Part shown: positions 46,980 through 63,886 of the stretch, one piece after another
How the letters are laid out: each line of letters opens with the position of its first letter
How positions within the stretch are numbered: position 1 is the stretch's first letter
From: the human T2T-CHM13v2.0 reference genome, Homo sapiens
Assembly (NCBI RefSeq): GCF_009914755.1
Contig: NC_060927.1
DNA length: 64,000 nucleotides
Direction: 5' to 3' (one strand)
Notes under the pieces: model-generated
Seen by the model: only the letters and a program-made list of their open reading frames with translations
What the model was told of the DNA's origin: nothing
Databases searched by the model: none
Made by a program: the position numbers and the translations under genes

Positions 46980-47036
46980 CAGATAAGGACGATGGTGACT
47001 GGACCGGTGGGAATACCTGGCCCTTTCCGAATCTTC
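46980..47036 (-). CDS. LRRFIP2: LRRFIP2 coding exon, 57 nt (EDSERARYSHRSSHHRPYL)
   Basis: tttcccag|GAA acceptor, CTG|gtttgt donor. Confidence 0.93.
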
Positions 47037-47184
47037 CTGGGAAAGGAGAAAGTACATGGAGAGTTAATCACTGAATAGACAGTTGTTTATCAGAACAACT
47101 GAGCAAAGAGCAGTCAGTTAACAGCACAGCAACAACTCCTGAGAGCAGGCAGGTTTGGATAACTTATCTTAGGGGCAGCCACAT

Positions 47185-47186
<2 letters not shown>

Positions 47187-47230
<44 letters not shown>
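47187..47230. repeat. (GT)22 microsatellite
   Basis: Perfect dinucleotide run. Confidence 0.97.
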
Positions 47231-47232
<2 letters not shown>

Positions 47233-47253
47233 GTTTCAATATAGCAGTACTAG

Positions 47254-47633
47254 TTTTCTTTCTTTTTTTTTTTAATTATACTTTAAGTTCTATGGTACAT
47301 GTGCACAACGTGCAGGTTTGTAACATATGTATACATGTGCCATGTTGGTGTGCTGCACCCATTAACTCATTATTTACATTAGGTATATCTCCTAATGCTA
47401 TCCCTCCCCCCTCCCCCCACCCCACAACAAGCCCTATGTGTGATGTTCCCCTTCCTGTGTCCAAGTGTTCTCATTGTTCAATTCCCACCTATGAGTGAGA
47501 ACACGCGGCGTTTGGTTTTTTGTCCTTGCGACAGTTTGCTGAGAATGATGGTTTCCAGCTTCATCCATGTCCCTACAAAGGACATGAACTCATCCTTTTT
47601 TATGCCTGCATAGTATTCCATGGTGTGTATGTG
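47254..47633 (-). mobile_element. L1PA 3' end, 5'-truncated
   Basis: L1PA 3'UTR and ORF2 end (FMSFVGTWMKLETIILSKL). Confidence 0.92.
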
Positions 47634-48512
47634 TGGGGCGGTCACATTCTTTGGTTGGAAAGAAAGTAGAAATAATCTTGGCAATGTTCCTATTTTATCA
47701 GGCGTATGTATGTCAGACCACTTGGAATGGTCTGTATAAGACCAAGAGAGTTCAATATACCAAGATAAAAATGTGCAAGTATACTTAACAAAGAGAACTT
47801 GAGTTCAGCATTAAAAAAAGACATTAATCTATTTTTTCATTGTGATCATCAGTTTATGCAGGTAGGAAGAAGTGTTAACATTATCACTGATGTATTTTAA
47901 GACAGTATATGATTCTAAAAATACTTGGATTATAATTTTGCACTTACTGTAAAGATTTTTTTTCACCACTCTAAGAACTAACTGAAACAGAGCCTGATTG
48001 TGTTGTTAATATGAAAAACTACTTACATCTAGAAGTAATTACATATATATTTTAGAGTTGGTCAAGTTATCTCGAATAATGCCATAAGCAGATTTTTAAA
48101 AAAAAATGATTGCAGCCTAACAGTTGACTAAATTAAATGTAATTCTAAACTTTTCCACATTTAGCTATTAGCAATGGAGCATTAAGGCCTGAGTCATGTG
48201 AGATAAAATGGCTAGTCCCTAAAACCTAATCATCTCAAACAGTAAGGAATTTCTGATCTTTCAGAATTTCAAGTCCAAAGTGTTAAAGTAATGTGTGCTG
48301 ACTGAAAATCTATACATTACTGACCAACTGGGTTCATAGCTTATCAATGCTGTATTTTTGCAAAATGAATCAATGCCTCAAAACTCCCTGGTTGACATCT
48401 GCTGTGACTGATGCCCTTGACCAAATGTATGCTGAAGTCTGTTTATAAGCACTACTATGATTCAATTTCTAATCAGGTATTCTGATCTTTAGGAATTCGT
48501 CACTGATTTACA

Positions 48513-48943
<431 letters not shown>

Positions 48944-49437
48944 TAGAAGGGCAGGTACAGCTTAGTAAGTGGTAATCAGTTCTAGGCTACTTAGTTTGGT
49001 TAGTTCAAAAAGCCTTTACTATAAGGTGAGTTAACTCAACATGCCTCTTCCAATATTATTTGAGGTACTAGGGTAAATACGGTTTAATGTCTAATCTTCC
49101 CTTTATTCTAGCCTTTTTTCCATTCCATCTATCACACAGAGCATTTTCAAAAATCTCACCTAAAGAGCATATCCCATTAAAGATGCAGCAAAGACAGATG
49201 AAGTCATACTTTCAATTATGCCCCTTATATTAATAAAAACAATTATAAATTAAAATACCTTATTAAGTATTGATACATAGTACCTCTATATTTAAACAGC
49301 TTTTCTTGCTCCATTTGAAAAATTGGCCTAAAAAGACTTCTGAAAACTACAGAATAAAATATAAACCCCCATACAGGTCAGTTAATTTGGACAGAGAGTA
49401 TAGTTTATTCCACAGTCACAAACTATACCTTAAATAA

Positions 49438-49628
49438 GCACTGTCCAATACAACTTTCTCTGACCATGGAAATATTCTATATTTGTGCTAATGTAGTACC
49501 CACTAGCCACACGTGGCTACTGAGCACTTGAAATGCAACTGAGAAACCAAATTTTAAATTTTATTTAATTTTAGTCAATTTAAATTTAAATTTAATTACC
49601 TACATGGGGCTACCATACTTGACAGCAC
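49438..49628. mobile_element. MER3 hAT relic
   Basis: gcactgtccaatacaactttc...cactagccacacgtggctactgagcacttgaaatg...ttgacagcac. Confidence 0.8.
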
Positions 49629-49889
49629 TTCTCTAAACCTATTTGACAAATGTGTTTACGTAAAACTGTAAGGCAAGCTCAAGGCAAATTTTAATTATAC
49701 CAAAAACGTTCAAAACACATATTCTACTAAGAGCCTGCTAAGTAGGACCACTCTCATATAGAAAGGCAAAACATTTGGGTCATTTTTAATTACTTCTACC
49801 TTGAATACTTTTGCACAGTGGCAAACATGAGGGAAACAGACCCTGGTAGCAACGATATAAAGTGACCCTGGTAGCAATTCTATTTTTAA

Positions 49890-50010
49890 GAGCTAGAAGA
49901 GTCCTTAGAGATCATCTAGTCTGACCCCTTCATTTTGCAGTAAGAAAGTTGCAGCACAGAAGGATTAAGTAAGAATCTATGAGATCATAAAGCTGAGACC
50001 AGCATTTAGA
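49890..50010. mobile_element. MIR fragment
   Basis: gagtccttagagatcatctagtctgaccccttcattttgcag. Confidence 0.55.
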
Positions 50011-51167
50011 CGTTTTTATTCACCAGACAACTGAACTGTAAAGATAACATCCTATACTGGCTAAATTTCCACCAATTACATAAGAAAAAAAGAAAGAAAG
50101 AAAATGGCAAGGTATTCTGGTTTTTACTCAGAGATTCTTCCTTCTCTGGAAGAACAAAAAGCTTCATTTGCCAGGTATTTCTAGAGCACTATTTATATTG
50201 CCAATAGGTTTCTCTTGAAGAAATTATACCAGTGGACAAAGATAACAGATTACAGCAAACTGTGTTCTTAGGTGCCAGTTACAAGGTGTATCCCTCTATT
50301 CCACAGTGAGGAAAATAATACATCGTCATTATCCCAAAAGTCCTTATTAGCACTAAAGCACTAAAGACTGGACAAACAGTACAACGCCTTAAAAAAAAAA
50401 GACATGTATTTGTTCAAAATGCTGTTTTGATACATTTAATGAAAATGAAATATACTCTTTGTTTTTAAACGTTCACCTGAAGGGAGGATGAATGGTTCTA
50501 TTAAAAGAAAACCACAGTCCCATGAATATACCTGGCCATCTTTTCTGTCAACAAATAGTATTTGTTACTAAGTTGACACCAAAGTCATTCCTTCAGTTTC
50601 AAATTAGAAGGAACTTCAAAAACCGTATTTACTCTTCAAGACATGCATTTACTCTTTCAGAATCACCACTGATTAAGAAAGACACCCAGTTTAAAAATAG
50701 AATCATTGGGTTCATGGAAAGTTGACTAAACTAACACTAATGGGAGGCCCAGGAAGGTGTGGGTCCTTTTCTTCCTGGTCCTTTCACCTTCCAGCACATT
50801 ACCAGGTGTGGCACTCTCTCATACCTTCAAATACTGGTTCTGCCAATGACTATGCAAGTTATTTACTTCACCAATTCTTTATAAACATGTCTATAAAATT
50901 GAGACAGTAATACTGTCTTATAATGTGAAATAAAAACCTATGTAAAAAGCCCTAGCACAGTGCTGATATACAGTATGCACTCAAAGTTGGACTCATTTCT
51001 GAGCTTCCTTCCTTTTCATTCCCTATTCATGTCCCAACATCACACTCCCACCCAAAAAAAGGTATTATAATTAGGGGAAATTACAAATATAGGAAAATTT
51101 CCTTCCTTCTAGTAACTGACAATCCTATTGTGGATTGTGTGTGTATGCATCATTTATTTTACTATAA

Positions 51168-51672
<505 letters not shown>

Positions 51673-51902
51673 CAAAGAATCAGTTTTAACAGGGTAAAAG
51701 CAAGTGTCAGAACGGGTTAGAAGTGATAATTATTCCCATCTGAAAAGAAATGCCACTTTCTCTGCAGGTCCAAGTCCTGCCCATAAATCAAGACTTGGAT
51801 TAGTCACTACCTGAATTTTAAAACTCTAGCCCAAAGGTCACCCCTTTCAATGAAAATCTAGCGTACTCACTGCCTAAACTATACAAATTTCACAGAGGTT
51901 TA

Positions 51903-52242
<340 letters not shown>

Positions 52243-52738
52243 TTAGCAGCAATCAGACAGTGGTTCTTAACCCTTTAGGAATTACAGACTACTTTGAGAA
52301 TCTGACAATAAAAATACCTGTGGGCATTTCCCATAAAAATAATTACATTTGAAAGTCTGCAGTAGAATTTAAGGCTTCATATCCCTCTCCCAAGCCTAGT
52401 CATATACCAAGTTAAGAAGCCCTGTAATAGGAGACAGTGGGGAACTTACCAAGCCTAAAAAAAAGTTCAAATTTAGGAATGATTCACATTATCTAACATT
52501 TTACTGATTCACAATTTGTTTTTATAGCTAACAAATTTGAGAGTAGTGGTAGAGAATTTAAAAAGGACCTGAAGGAGTTGATATAATAAGAGTAATTTTC
52601 AGAGGAAATGAAAAGAATTACTTGGGTCATCTTTCAATGAAGACCATGTGGACTTATTTTTTTAAAAAAAAAGGGGAGAGAGAAGGGGGGAAGAAAAGAA
52701 CAAACCCATAAAAAGAAAACACACATTCATTTTCTCAC

Positions 52739-52780
52739 TCTTTCTTGATCAGGAGCATTCATGAGATGAAGGTGAGGATA
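52739..52780 (-). CDS. LRRFIP2: Candidate additional in-frame LRRFIP2 micro-exon, 42 nt (YPHLHLMNAPDQER)
   Basis: ttttatgttgtagtcag|TAT ... AGA|gtgaga; phase 0/0, stop-free. Confidence 0.4.
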
Positions 52781-52971
52781 CTGACTACAACATAAAATGG
52801 CAGGACTCCAAGTATACCTCTGGTCCACTATAGACAGAATAGACACTCTGACCTTTAGGTTCACACAGGCCAAACACTCCTACTTTGCAAACTATTAGTT
52901 AATGTTTTACTTCAAGACTGCATTATTTCAGCAATTGATCACAACATGCAGGACAGGCAATACTGGCCTAC

Positions 52972-53022
52972 CAGCCACTTCTGAATCTGTCCCCACTTCC
53001 GATCAAAGGAATGAAGAGAGTA
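52972..53022 (-). CDS. LRRFIP2: LRRFIP2 coding exon, 51 nt (YSLHSFDRKWGQIQKWL)
   Basis: ttctag|TAC acceptor, CTG|gtaggc donor; matches recalled long isoform. Confidence 0.93.
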
Positions 53023-53256
53023 CTAGAAATGCAAAAATTTCATAAACCAAATAGTTTCTAACATATTGCATTCTCCAAAAACCTTAAATTAATCATACAC
53101 ATTTTCCCTAAAAAACAATGATAGCTGACTCAAAGTTACACATTCAAAATACAGAAAATTAGTAAGCTAAATATGTTCAATAGTAAGAGATGCATGTTTC
53201 CCTGTAGTTCAGAGAACTGTAAATAGAACTTACATTTAATAACTGTCTCATTCACT

Positions 53257-53385
53257 TATTTATTTATTTATTTATTTTTTTGAGACAGGATCTCACTTAG
53301 TTGCCCAGGCTGGAATGCAGTGGTGCCATCATAGCTCACTACAACTTCAAACTCCCAGGCTCAAGTGATCCTCCACTTCAGCTTA
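53257..53385 (-). mobile_element. Alu fragment (right arm)
   Basis: Reverse arm; TSD cacttatt. Confidence 0.85.
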
Positions 53386-54404
53386 TCCACTTATTATTAT
53401 ATTTAGTATAATTTTAGGAGTAAAAAGACAACGGATTGCAACACTTCCTCTTCAAGAACTGCATTCCATATTTGAAACTATACATGAGGTTAAAAGAAAA
53501 TTAGCAACATGTCAATTGTTAGTGTTTTTCTTGAGCTGTGACAATATAAAATATTTACATTGCTTTTTAACCTGCTCACAGAAAATTCACCACCAAAATC
53601 AAAAGAAAGTGTTTAATACTGTCCCATAGGCTTTTGCCCCTTCATACTACTACAACATCAAAAATATTTATTATGGGAATTTTCAGGACCAAGTCAATGT
53701 CAGAAAAGTAAAAGCATATTTATTTCATTTTAATCAGCCCAATTTCCATATGCCTATTCTTAAAAATTTTTTTCTTGTTTTCCTTTCTGATAAAAGTATA
53801 CTGAAAGTTTGTAAATTATAGAAAAGTATAGAAAGAAAGAAAAACCAACAATAATTCCACCATAGACAAACTGCAGTATTAATAATCACTTCCTTCTAGT
53901 AGTTTTTTGATGCTATATATGGATACTGGTTTTTGTAATATAAAATTGGGGTCCTACAAATTTTATTGTTTTGGTTTGCTTTTATCTCATATTCTTACAT
54001 ATTTTCCTCTATTATTAAATATGTTTTAAAATTGTAAGTCTGAATGACTTTACAGTGTTTTACTATATAGATATCATAATATAATTAATCCAAATTTTAG
54101 GACAATTAAAGCTATACTACACTTTGTCATTGCTAAAGCTACCTTAGCTAATGTAAGTGAAGCACTCATAATACTAGTAACTTATAACAATGGACACGAT
54201 AATAGCTATAAATGTGTTTGTTGTTACTACTTAAAACAAATATCACATTTAATTTGCTGGCACAGAATGGCTTGATAAAATACATACATCAGTTTATACT
54301 ATTTTCAATGTTTCAAAGGAAACCAGATTCACATCAGAATAAACTAGCCAAGTACTGATTTTGGGGGAGACAAATATGAAATTAGGGTTATTCCCTCAAA
54401 TTAC

Positions 54405-54491
54405 CTCTTTTTGTTGTCGTTCCAGTTCTCTCATGCGTATATCTCTTGCTTCTGCCCGGGCAGCCCGTTTTGCTGCCAGCCTTGCCTCTGC
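54405..54491 (-). CDS. LRRFIP2: LRRFIP2 coding exon, 87 nt ([29 protein letters not shown])
   Basis: ttttcag|GCA acceptor, GAG|gtaatt donor; N-terminal helical motif typical of LRRFIP1/2. Confidence 0.97.
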
Positions 54492-54989
54492 CTGAAAAGT
54501 AATATAAAACTCAGCTTTATACAACAAAAACAAAAACAACCTGTACACCAGATTTGAAAATAAAGAATGGGACATTACCACGCAAAAGGGGTGGGCAGGA
54601 GAAGATATTATCTATCAGCAAGCAAGTTTGATTGATTGTTTTAATCAACTCTTATAAACTCATTTCTTTCTCTAGTTCCTAAGTCTTTCCTCAAATCCGG
54701 GCCTTTACCTTTAACTTCTTGTTTGATTACACACTCAACACATTTCATACAGTTTGTTATATGCCTCTCCAAACTTACTCTTTTTCCAGAATTTTTTCCC
54801 CATTGATTCAATCATATAAACTAGAAACTTCAGAGCCAACCTCTCTTTCATTTTGGACACTGCCAATAATCAGTCTCCAAGTACTGACAATTCTCTACCA
54901 CTGAGTCTCTATCAAACCCATCTCAGCTTTCTTTATTCTCACTGTTCCTGCTCATTTCAGGAACTCTTCATCTCCCCACTCCCCACCTC

Positions 54990-55560
<571 letters not shown>

Positions 55561-55851
55561 CCATAGGAATTCTTCATCTCTTGCTTACAGTTACCTCCAA
55601 ATCCATCTGCCTACTTCCAGAATCTGCCTTATAATTTATCTTCTACATGGTTATATGATGGACAAATCAGCCTTTCAAAATGTATTATTTCTGATCACAT
55701 CATTCCACTGCATAAAATCCTCCACCAACTCCTTATTACTTATGGTTAAAGCAAAAATTCCACAGAACAGCACAAAGGGAGGAACAGAAAGAAGAAAGGT
55801 AAAACTGAAATAAGGCTCCTCACAGTCAGGTCCCCACCTTACTTCCAAGTC

Positions 55852-56510
55852 CAGTAGTTCCCCCCTTATCTGTTGTTTCAGTTACCCATGGTTAACCAAG
55901 GTACAAAAATATTAAGTGGAAAATTCCAGAAATAAACAATTCATAAGTTTTAAATTGTACGCCATTCTGAGTAGTATGATAAAATCTCTCAGGACGTCAA
56001 TCATCCCTTTGTCGAGTATATCCATCCTGTCTATGCTACCCATTTGTTAGCTGTCTCAGTTATCAAATCACAGTGATTGTGTTGGAGTAATCCTCATTTT
56101 ATTTAATAATGGCCCCAAAGAGCAAGAGTAATTCTGACAATTCAGGTATGCCAAAGAGAAGCCACACAGTGCTTCCTTTAAGTGAAAAGGTGAACGTTCT
56201 ACCTTAATAGAAAAAAGAATCATGCACTGAGGTTGCTAAGATCTATGGTAAGAACAAATCTTCTATCCATGAAATTGTGAAGAAGGAAAAAGAAATTTGT
56301 GCTAGTTTTGCTGCCGCACCTCAAACGGCAAAAGTTACAGCCACAGTGCATGATAGTTAAGATGGAAAAGGCATTACATTTGTAGGTGGAAAACATGAAT
56401 AGAAATGTGTTCTGATTGATGGCAATCAGGTTTGCTACTATCCACAGTTTCAGGCATCTGCTGGGGGGCTTGGAATGTATCTCCCATGGATTGGAGGGGT
56501 GGGGACTACT
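55852..56510 (+). mobile_element. MER44/Tigger7 DNA transposon relic
   Basis: TIRs cagtagttcccccc / ggggactact; internal transposase start atgccaaagagaagc (MPKRS...LSEKV). Confidence 0.85.
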
Positions 56511-58283
56511 CTACTTGCTCCACGTGTACTGGGTGCATCCCATCTCTCTCCATTCCTGGACTCTATTGTGTTCTGTTACGCCTCTCTTCACAAACTGTTT
56601 GGCAGGAGCTGTTCTCCTTTCTCTTATTCAGTAAAATATTACCTTCTATGAAGATTCTCCCCAGTCCCTCTTTCATAAAGTAAGGCTCTATACCCATGTC
56701 TCTATTGCGGCTTTATTATGTTGTATTAAAATTCCATGCTTCTCTCACCCCACAACTTTTATGCCTCAAGGTCTGCTAAAAAAAAACAAATGAATTGCAG
56801 GGCATAGGTCACAGTATCAAGGAAATGAGATAAGGAAATAGCTTAATGTGCCACATGAAACTTAGAAATCTTCTGTCTGCTTTCTATATGGTAGTGGAAT
56901 GGTTTCCTCTGTCCTTGGTCACATCCTAACTCTGATTCAGACTATCCCCTCTGATAACTATAGTTGTTGTCTTCCCATGTTGTTATATTCGTGCCCAAGT
57001 CTCATAGTAAGAATAAACTCAACCAATGTTTAAAAGGATCTACTACATTAAGCAATTATGCTAGGTGCTGAAAATACAGAGTAAAGTATGACATCTCTGC
57101 CCTAAAGCAGCTCACAAAGTTGAAGAATACAGAGACACAATGCTTATGGGAAGGAAGCATGTAGGAGGGAGAAATTAGTTTTGCCTGGCAAAGTCACAGC
57201 AGGCTTCTAAGAAGCAGAGAGAGTTAAATAGTTAACTGCTACTCAACTATTCCAATTGTGGCAATTTCCCAGTCTGTGTAACTGGTCTTTTAATAGAAAA
57301 ACCCCTGCAAAGTAAATTGTAATCTACCAACCGTAAGCTGTAACCACTAACAATCTAGAGAAATTAGTTTTCTCCCATGAATTTTACACTGGCCTCCGTC
57401 TTTTCAAAACCTATGCTCTGCTTCAAGTTATCTGCCTTCTTCACCCCTCTATGAGTAGACACTAGTTTCTTATTAGAGTTTTTTTTTTTTAATAGGAAAC
57501 ACTTCAAGGCTTTTAAGCTTAAGTAGATAGCAAATGTATTTTAAAATCACAAAGCATCAAAACTTTCAAACCTTTTTAAGAAAGCCCTATCAATGTGTAG
57601 GAATTTTCATTTACATGTATATTAAATTGTACCTGAAGCCTCCTTTAGAAATTTAATTCAAGAATGCTAATTTTATCCTTCTAAGATTTGTCTGTGGCCA
57701 ATTCTGTACAATCTATATATACTAAAATGAGACTTCCTTCATAAAACCCAACTTAGAGATAATTAAAATCTATTCTTTAATAAGACATTTTTAACTACAA
57801 AAAGGAAAGGAACAGAAAGAACATGGGCTTCAGAGACACACAAACACCCTTCCCTTTGTTACTTAGCCAACTCAGATGTTACCTCCCTTGGAGACTGTGT
57901 TGAAGAGAGGCCATTAAAACCACATGCTTTAAAAGAAATAAACAGGATTTAAAACTACTTTATCTGGTTCTTTCTATACATTATTACTAGATGCTTGAAG
58001 CAACATGGATAAGCAGGAGTAGCAAGGAGCCAACACTGATTCCAACCTAGTAGACGAAATATATGCTCTATAACTTATTGTGATATATTTTAAAATTATT
58101 TTTGAATAGACAATTATGGGTACATAAAACATACTTCTAGGTAGTTAACACTAGCATTTTTACCTCAGAATACAATCAGATAAAGAGCTGCTACAGATTC
58201 ATTTTAATATACACCTCATACATACAAAATAAATGGGATATAACAATAAAGGACAACCAAGATTTAACTAAATTCACAGTAAA

Positions 58284-59160
<877 letters not shown>

Positions 59161-59294
59161 AGAAGTTGGCTAATTTAAAAGTCAGAATAAGATATAAATT
59201 AGAAGTATTCAGAAGCCTAAATTATTTAAATACTTTTAGAGTCTTTCGGCTGATATGACCCCAACTGTTATAATAAAGTTAATATAAAAATTCA

Positions 59295-59564
<270 letters not shown>

Positions 59565-59688
59565 TCACTCCCAGAACAAATGCATTAGGTTGTATTTAAA
59601 CTCACAGAACTTTTAAATTTGTAGAATATTCACTGTATCACTCAATGAATAATTAGGAATCACATAATGGACACTAAGAAAGAACTTC

Positions 59689-60520
<832 letters not shown>

Positions 60521-60814
60521 GGCTGGGCACGTTGGCTCACACCTGTAATCCTAGCACTTTGGGAGTCCAAGGCGGGCTGATCACTAGGTCAGGAGTTCAA
60601 GACCAGCCTGGCCAATATGGTGAAATCCTGTCTCTACTAAAAATACACAAATTAGCTGGGCATGGTGGCGTGAACCTGTAATCCCAGCTACTCGCGAGCC
60701 TGAGGCAGGGGAATCGCTTCACCCAGGAGGCGGAGGCTGCAGTGAGCCGAGATTATGCCACTGCACTCCAGCCTGGGCAACAGAGCAAGACTCAGTCTCA
60801 AAAAAAAAAAAAAA
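60521..60814 (+). mobile_element. Alu inserted in the poly(A) tail of the UBE2D3 retrocopy
   Basis: Dimer directly after the poly(A), inside the retrocopy TSD. Confidence 0.95.
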
Positions 60815-60944
60815 GAACTTCCAGGAAAAGAGAACTAAACATGTACTATGGTTTATGTATTTCTACATTAGATACTTCCTTTACCATCATAATTTTGTAT
60901 TATGTTCTTTTGGAATTTGAGAAAAGTAGATGAGATACAATAAA

Positions 60945-61800
60945 AATATAAATAATTTTAAAATGAGCAAAGGATTTAAATAGACATTTCTCCAAAGAAG
61001 ATATAAAAATGACCAATAAGTACATAAAAAGATGCTCAACATCATTAGTCATTAAAGAAATGTAAATTAAAACCATATTGAGATACTTGATATCCACTAG
61101 GATTGCTATGATAAAAAATGTTTTTCAACTGAAAATAACTAAAATTGGCAAGGATGTGGAGAAATTAGAACCCTCATATATTACAGGGGTAAATGTAAAA
61201 TGGCACAATTGCTGTGTGAACTGCTGAGGCAGTTCCTCAAAAGTTAAACACAGTGATACCATCCATCCACCTCTAAATATGTACCTAAGAGAAACGAGAA
61301 CATATATCCACACAAAAACCTGTAAATGAATGTTCATAGCAGCATTATTGACAATAGCCAAAAAGTAGAAATAACCCAAATATCCATCAACTGATGAACG
61401 AATAAACCAGCGAGATTATCCATACAATGGAATATTATTCAGCCTTAAAAAGAAATCGAACACTGATACAGGATGCAACATGAATGAACCTTGAAAACAT
61501 TTTGCTAAGTCAAAGAAGCCAGACACAAAAGGTCACATATTGCATGATTCAATTTATATGAAATGTCCAGAATAGGCAAAAACATAAAGACAGAAAGTAG
61601 ATTACTGGTTGCCAGGGGCTGGGGAAGGGGAAGATGAGGAGTGACTGCTAAGTGGTATGAGGTTTCTTTTTGGGCTGATGAAATGTTATGCAATTAGGTA
61701 GGTGACAGTTGCACATCTTTGTGAATATATTAAAAACTACTGAATATTTTTAAATGGTGAATAGTTTTGATGGTATGTGAATTATATCTCAATTTAAATT
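60945..61800 (+). mobile_element. L1MB 3' end
   Basis: gcaaaggatttaaatagacatttctccaaagaagatata ... gtgaattatatctcaat. Confidence 0.85.
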
Positions 61801-62283
61801 TTTTAAATAGATGAGACTGAATGCATCAAAAATGCCTAAGCTAAATAAATACTAAAATATATAAAATTCTAATACATAAAACTTAATATATAAAATGGGA
61901 TAAAGGGGAGCTTATAACCTATTAATAACAAGTTTGGAAAATGCTAAGTTAAACATTTTTTAAAATCAGAGTCCTTAATAATATGCATTATGAATCTCAA
62001 AGAAGAGGATAGAATATATAGTATTTCTCAGACTTGACCACATTACTAAATAAACCCTAAATGATACTTCAAGGGTCATGCTCCAAGAAACACAGTTTGG
62101 GAAATAATGATTAAGTAATATATCAGGATCCAATTACAACTGTACTAAATCTTACCTTTGCTCTTGATACTTATAAAATTAAACTAAATTATCTGAATAA
62201 TCACCTCACAATAGAAAACCCAAACTATTCAGATAATATATCTACCATGGTTTGACCACTTACTTAGCAAGGATAGATCCTTA

Positions 62284-62616
62284 TTTTCTTTCTTTTTTGG
62301 GGGGGTGGGGGGGTGGGGGGGGGCGGGGACAGGCTCTCACTCTGGCACCCAAGCTAGAGTGCAGTGGCATGATCTCAGCTCACTGCAGCCTTGACCTCCC
62401 AGGCTCAAGTGATCTTTCCCATCTCAGCCTCCTGATTAGCTGAGACTATAGGCATACACCACCACATCCAAACAATTTTTGTTTTTGTTTTTGTTTTTGT
62501 AGAGACAAGGTTTCACCATGTTGCCCAGGCTGGTCTCGAACTCCTGGACTCAAGCAATCTGCATGCCTCGGCCTCCCAAAGTGATGGGACTACAGGTGTG
62601 AGCCACCACACCTGGC
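62284..62616 (-). mobile_element. Alu (J-like) with a G/C-run in the tail
   Basis: Reverse dimer; TSD ccttattttcttt. Confidence 0.9.
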
Positions 62617-63886
62617 CTTATTTTCTTTTCTTCCACAAAATAACCCATTGAAGTACAGAAGGGTTAAGTAACTTGCCTTCCCCAGACAAGCAAATACTGG
62701 AGCTGAGATCTACATCCTAAGAATCTTACTTCAGTTCACACTCTTAACCACATTGCCACCAACTTACATCTTTATAGTCCAAGTATAATTGCATATCCTT
62801 AGACAAATCATAAAAACTTACTTTGGATAATTATCCTAGGATTTTCAACTTAGCACAGATTCTCTCTTTTCTATGAAATAATACTATTCTAGTTCTCTGA
62901 ATAGAGAACTAGATAGGTAAATAATCTTCTCCTTTTACCATACACAGTATCTAATAACCAAATGTAGATAATCTCCTTTTACTGTACACAGCCTTTACTC
63001 TCATTTTTTATTCCCAGTTTCAACTACCAGCCAATGAGAATGACTCAAATCTAGCATCTCAAGCTCTGACTTCTCTACCAAAATAAACACTTACATTTCT
63101 AACATCTATCTTGTCAGCACCAAAACCAGAGTGAATAAAATCAGTCTCATTTTCCCCCAGTCAACAGGCTTTGCTTCCTTATTTTCCAGTTTCCATTAAT
63201 GGAATCTTGTCACTCTTGTTCAAACCCAAGGTCTGACGACCTCCTACTTCCTTAACAAATCTTCCTTTACAATATCCCTTGAATCCATCCTCTCCATCTA
63301 CTCCAACAGACTCCCTCTACTTCCAAATAGGCTCTTTGTACTTTCACTTATAATACATCAAGTTTTCTAATCCTAACTTCAGTTTCTCCATCTCAACTCT
63401 ATCCCCATCCGTACTATTCCATCGTGGAATTAATTTACCTGAAGCAATTTACCTGAAACAAGGAACAAGTGAGGTAAAAATGTCTCAAAGTAAAACGTGA
63501 TTAGCTATATTCTGTGATGCCCAATACCCAAAGCATTCTTAAACTTTCTGATATTTAAATTTGGATTTTGTTACTGCTTCAGTTAAATAAACAGAGGGGA
63601 ACAGGCTAAAATAAACTTGTTGTGGCTCATGGTGGCATTCCAAATCAGAGACTCATGTGAGGCCAATCAATCGTATTCTAAATTTTCCATCCATCCAATG
63701 GGTCTACAAGTAGGAGGAACCTATTCAATGGGCTAGGCAGTGCTGTTTCCCTAAAATAAAATCCATAAATTGAATTTCACTTGAGACTGCTATCTGAGAG
63801 GAGGAAAAGGGTATGTATATTTAAGTACTGTATCTAATGAACCACAAATAAGTGTATTTCTTCAGGATGTAGGTACTTTAAGTATA

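Noticed and set aside
50128-50145. 18-nt micro-exon AGAAGGAAGAATCTCTGA after a good acceptor
   Set aside because: Weak donor (TGA|gtaaaa), in-frame stop and no other support
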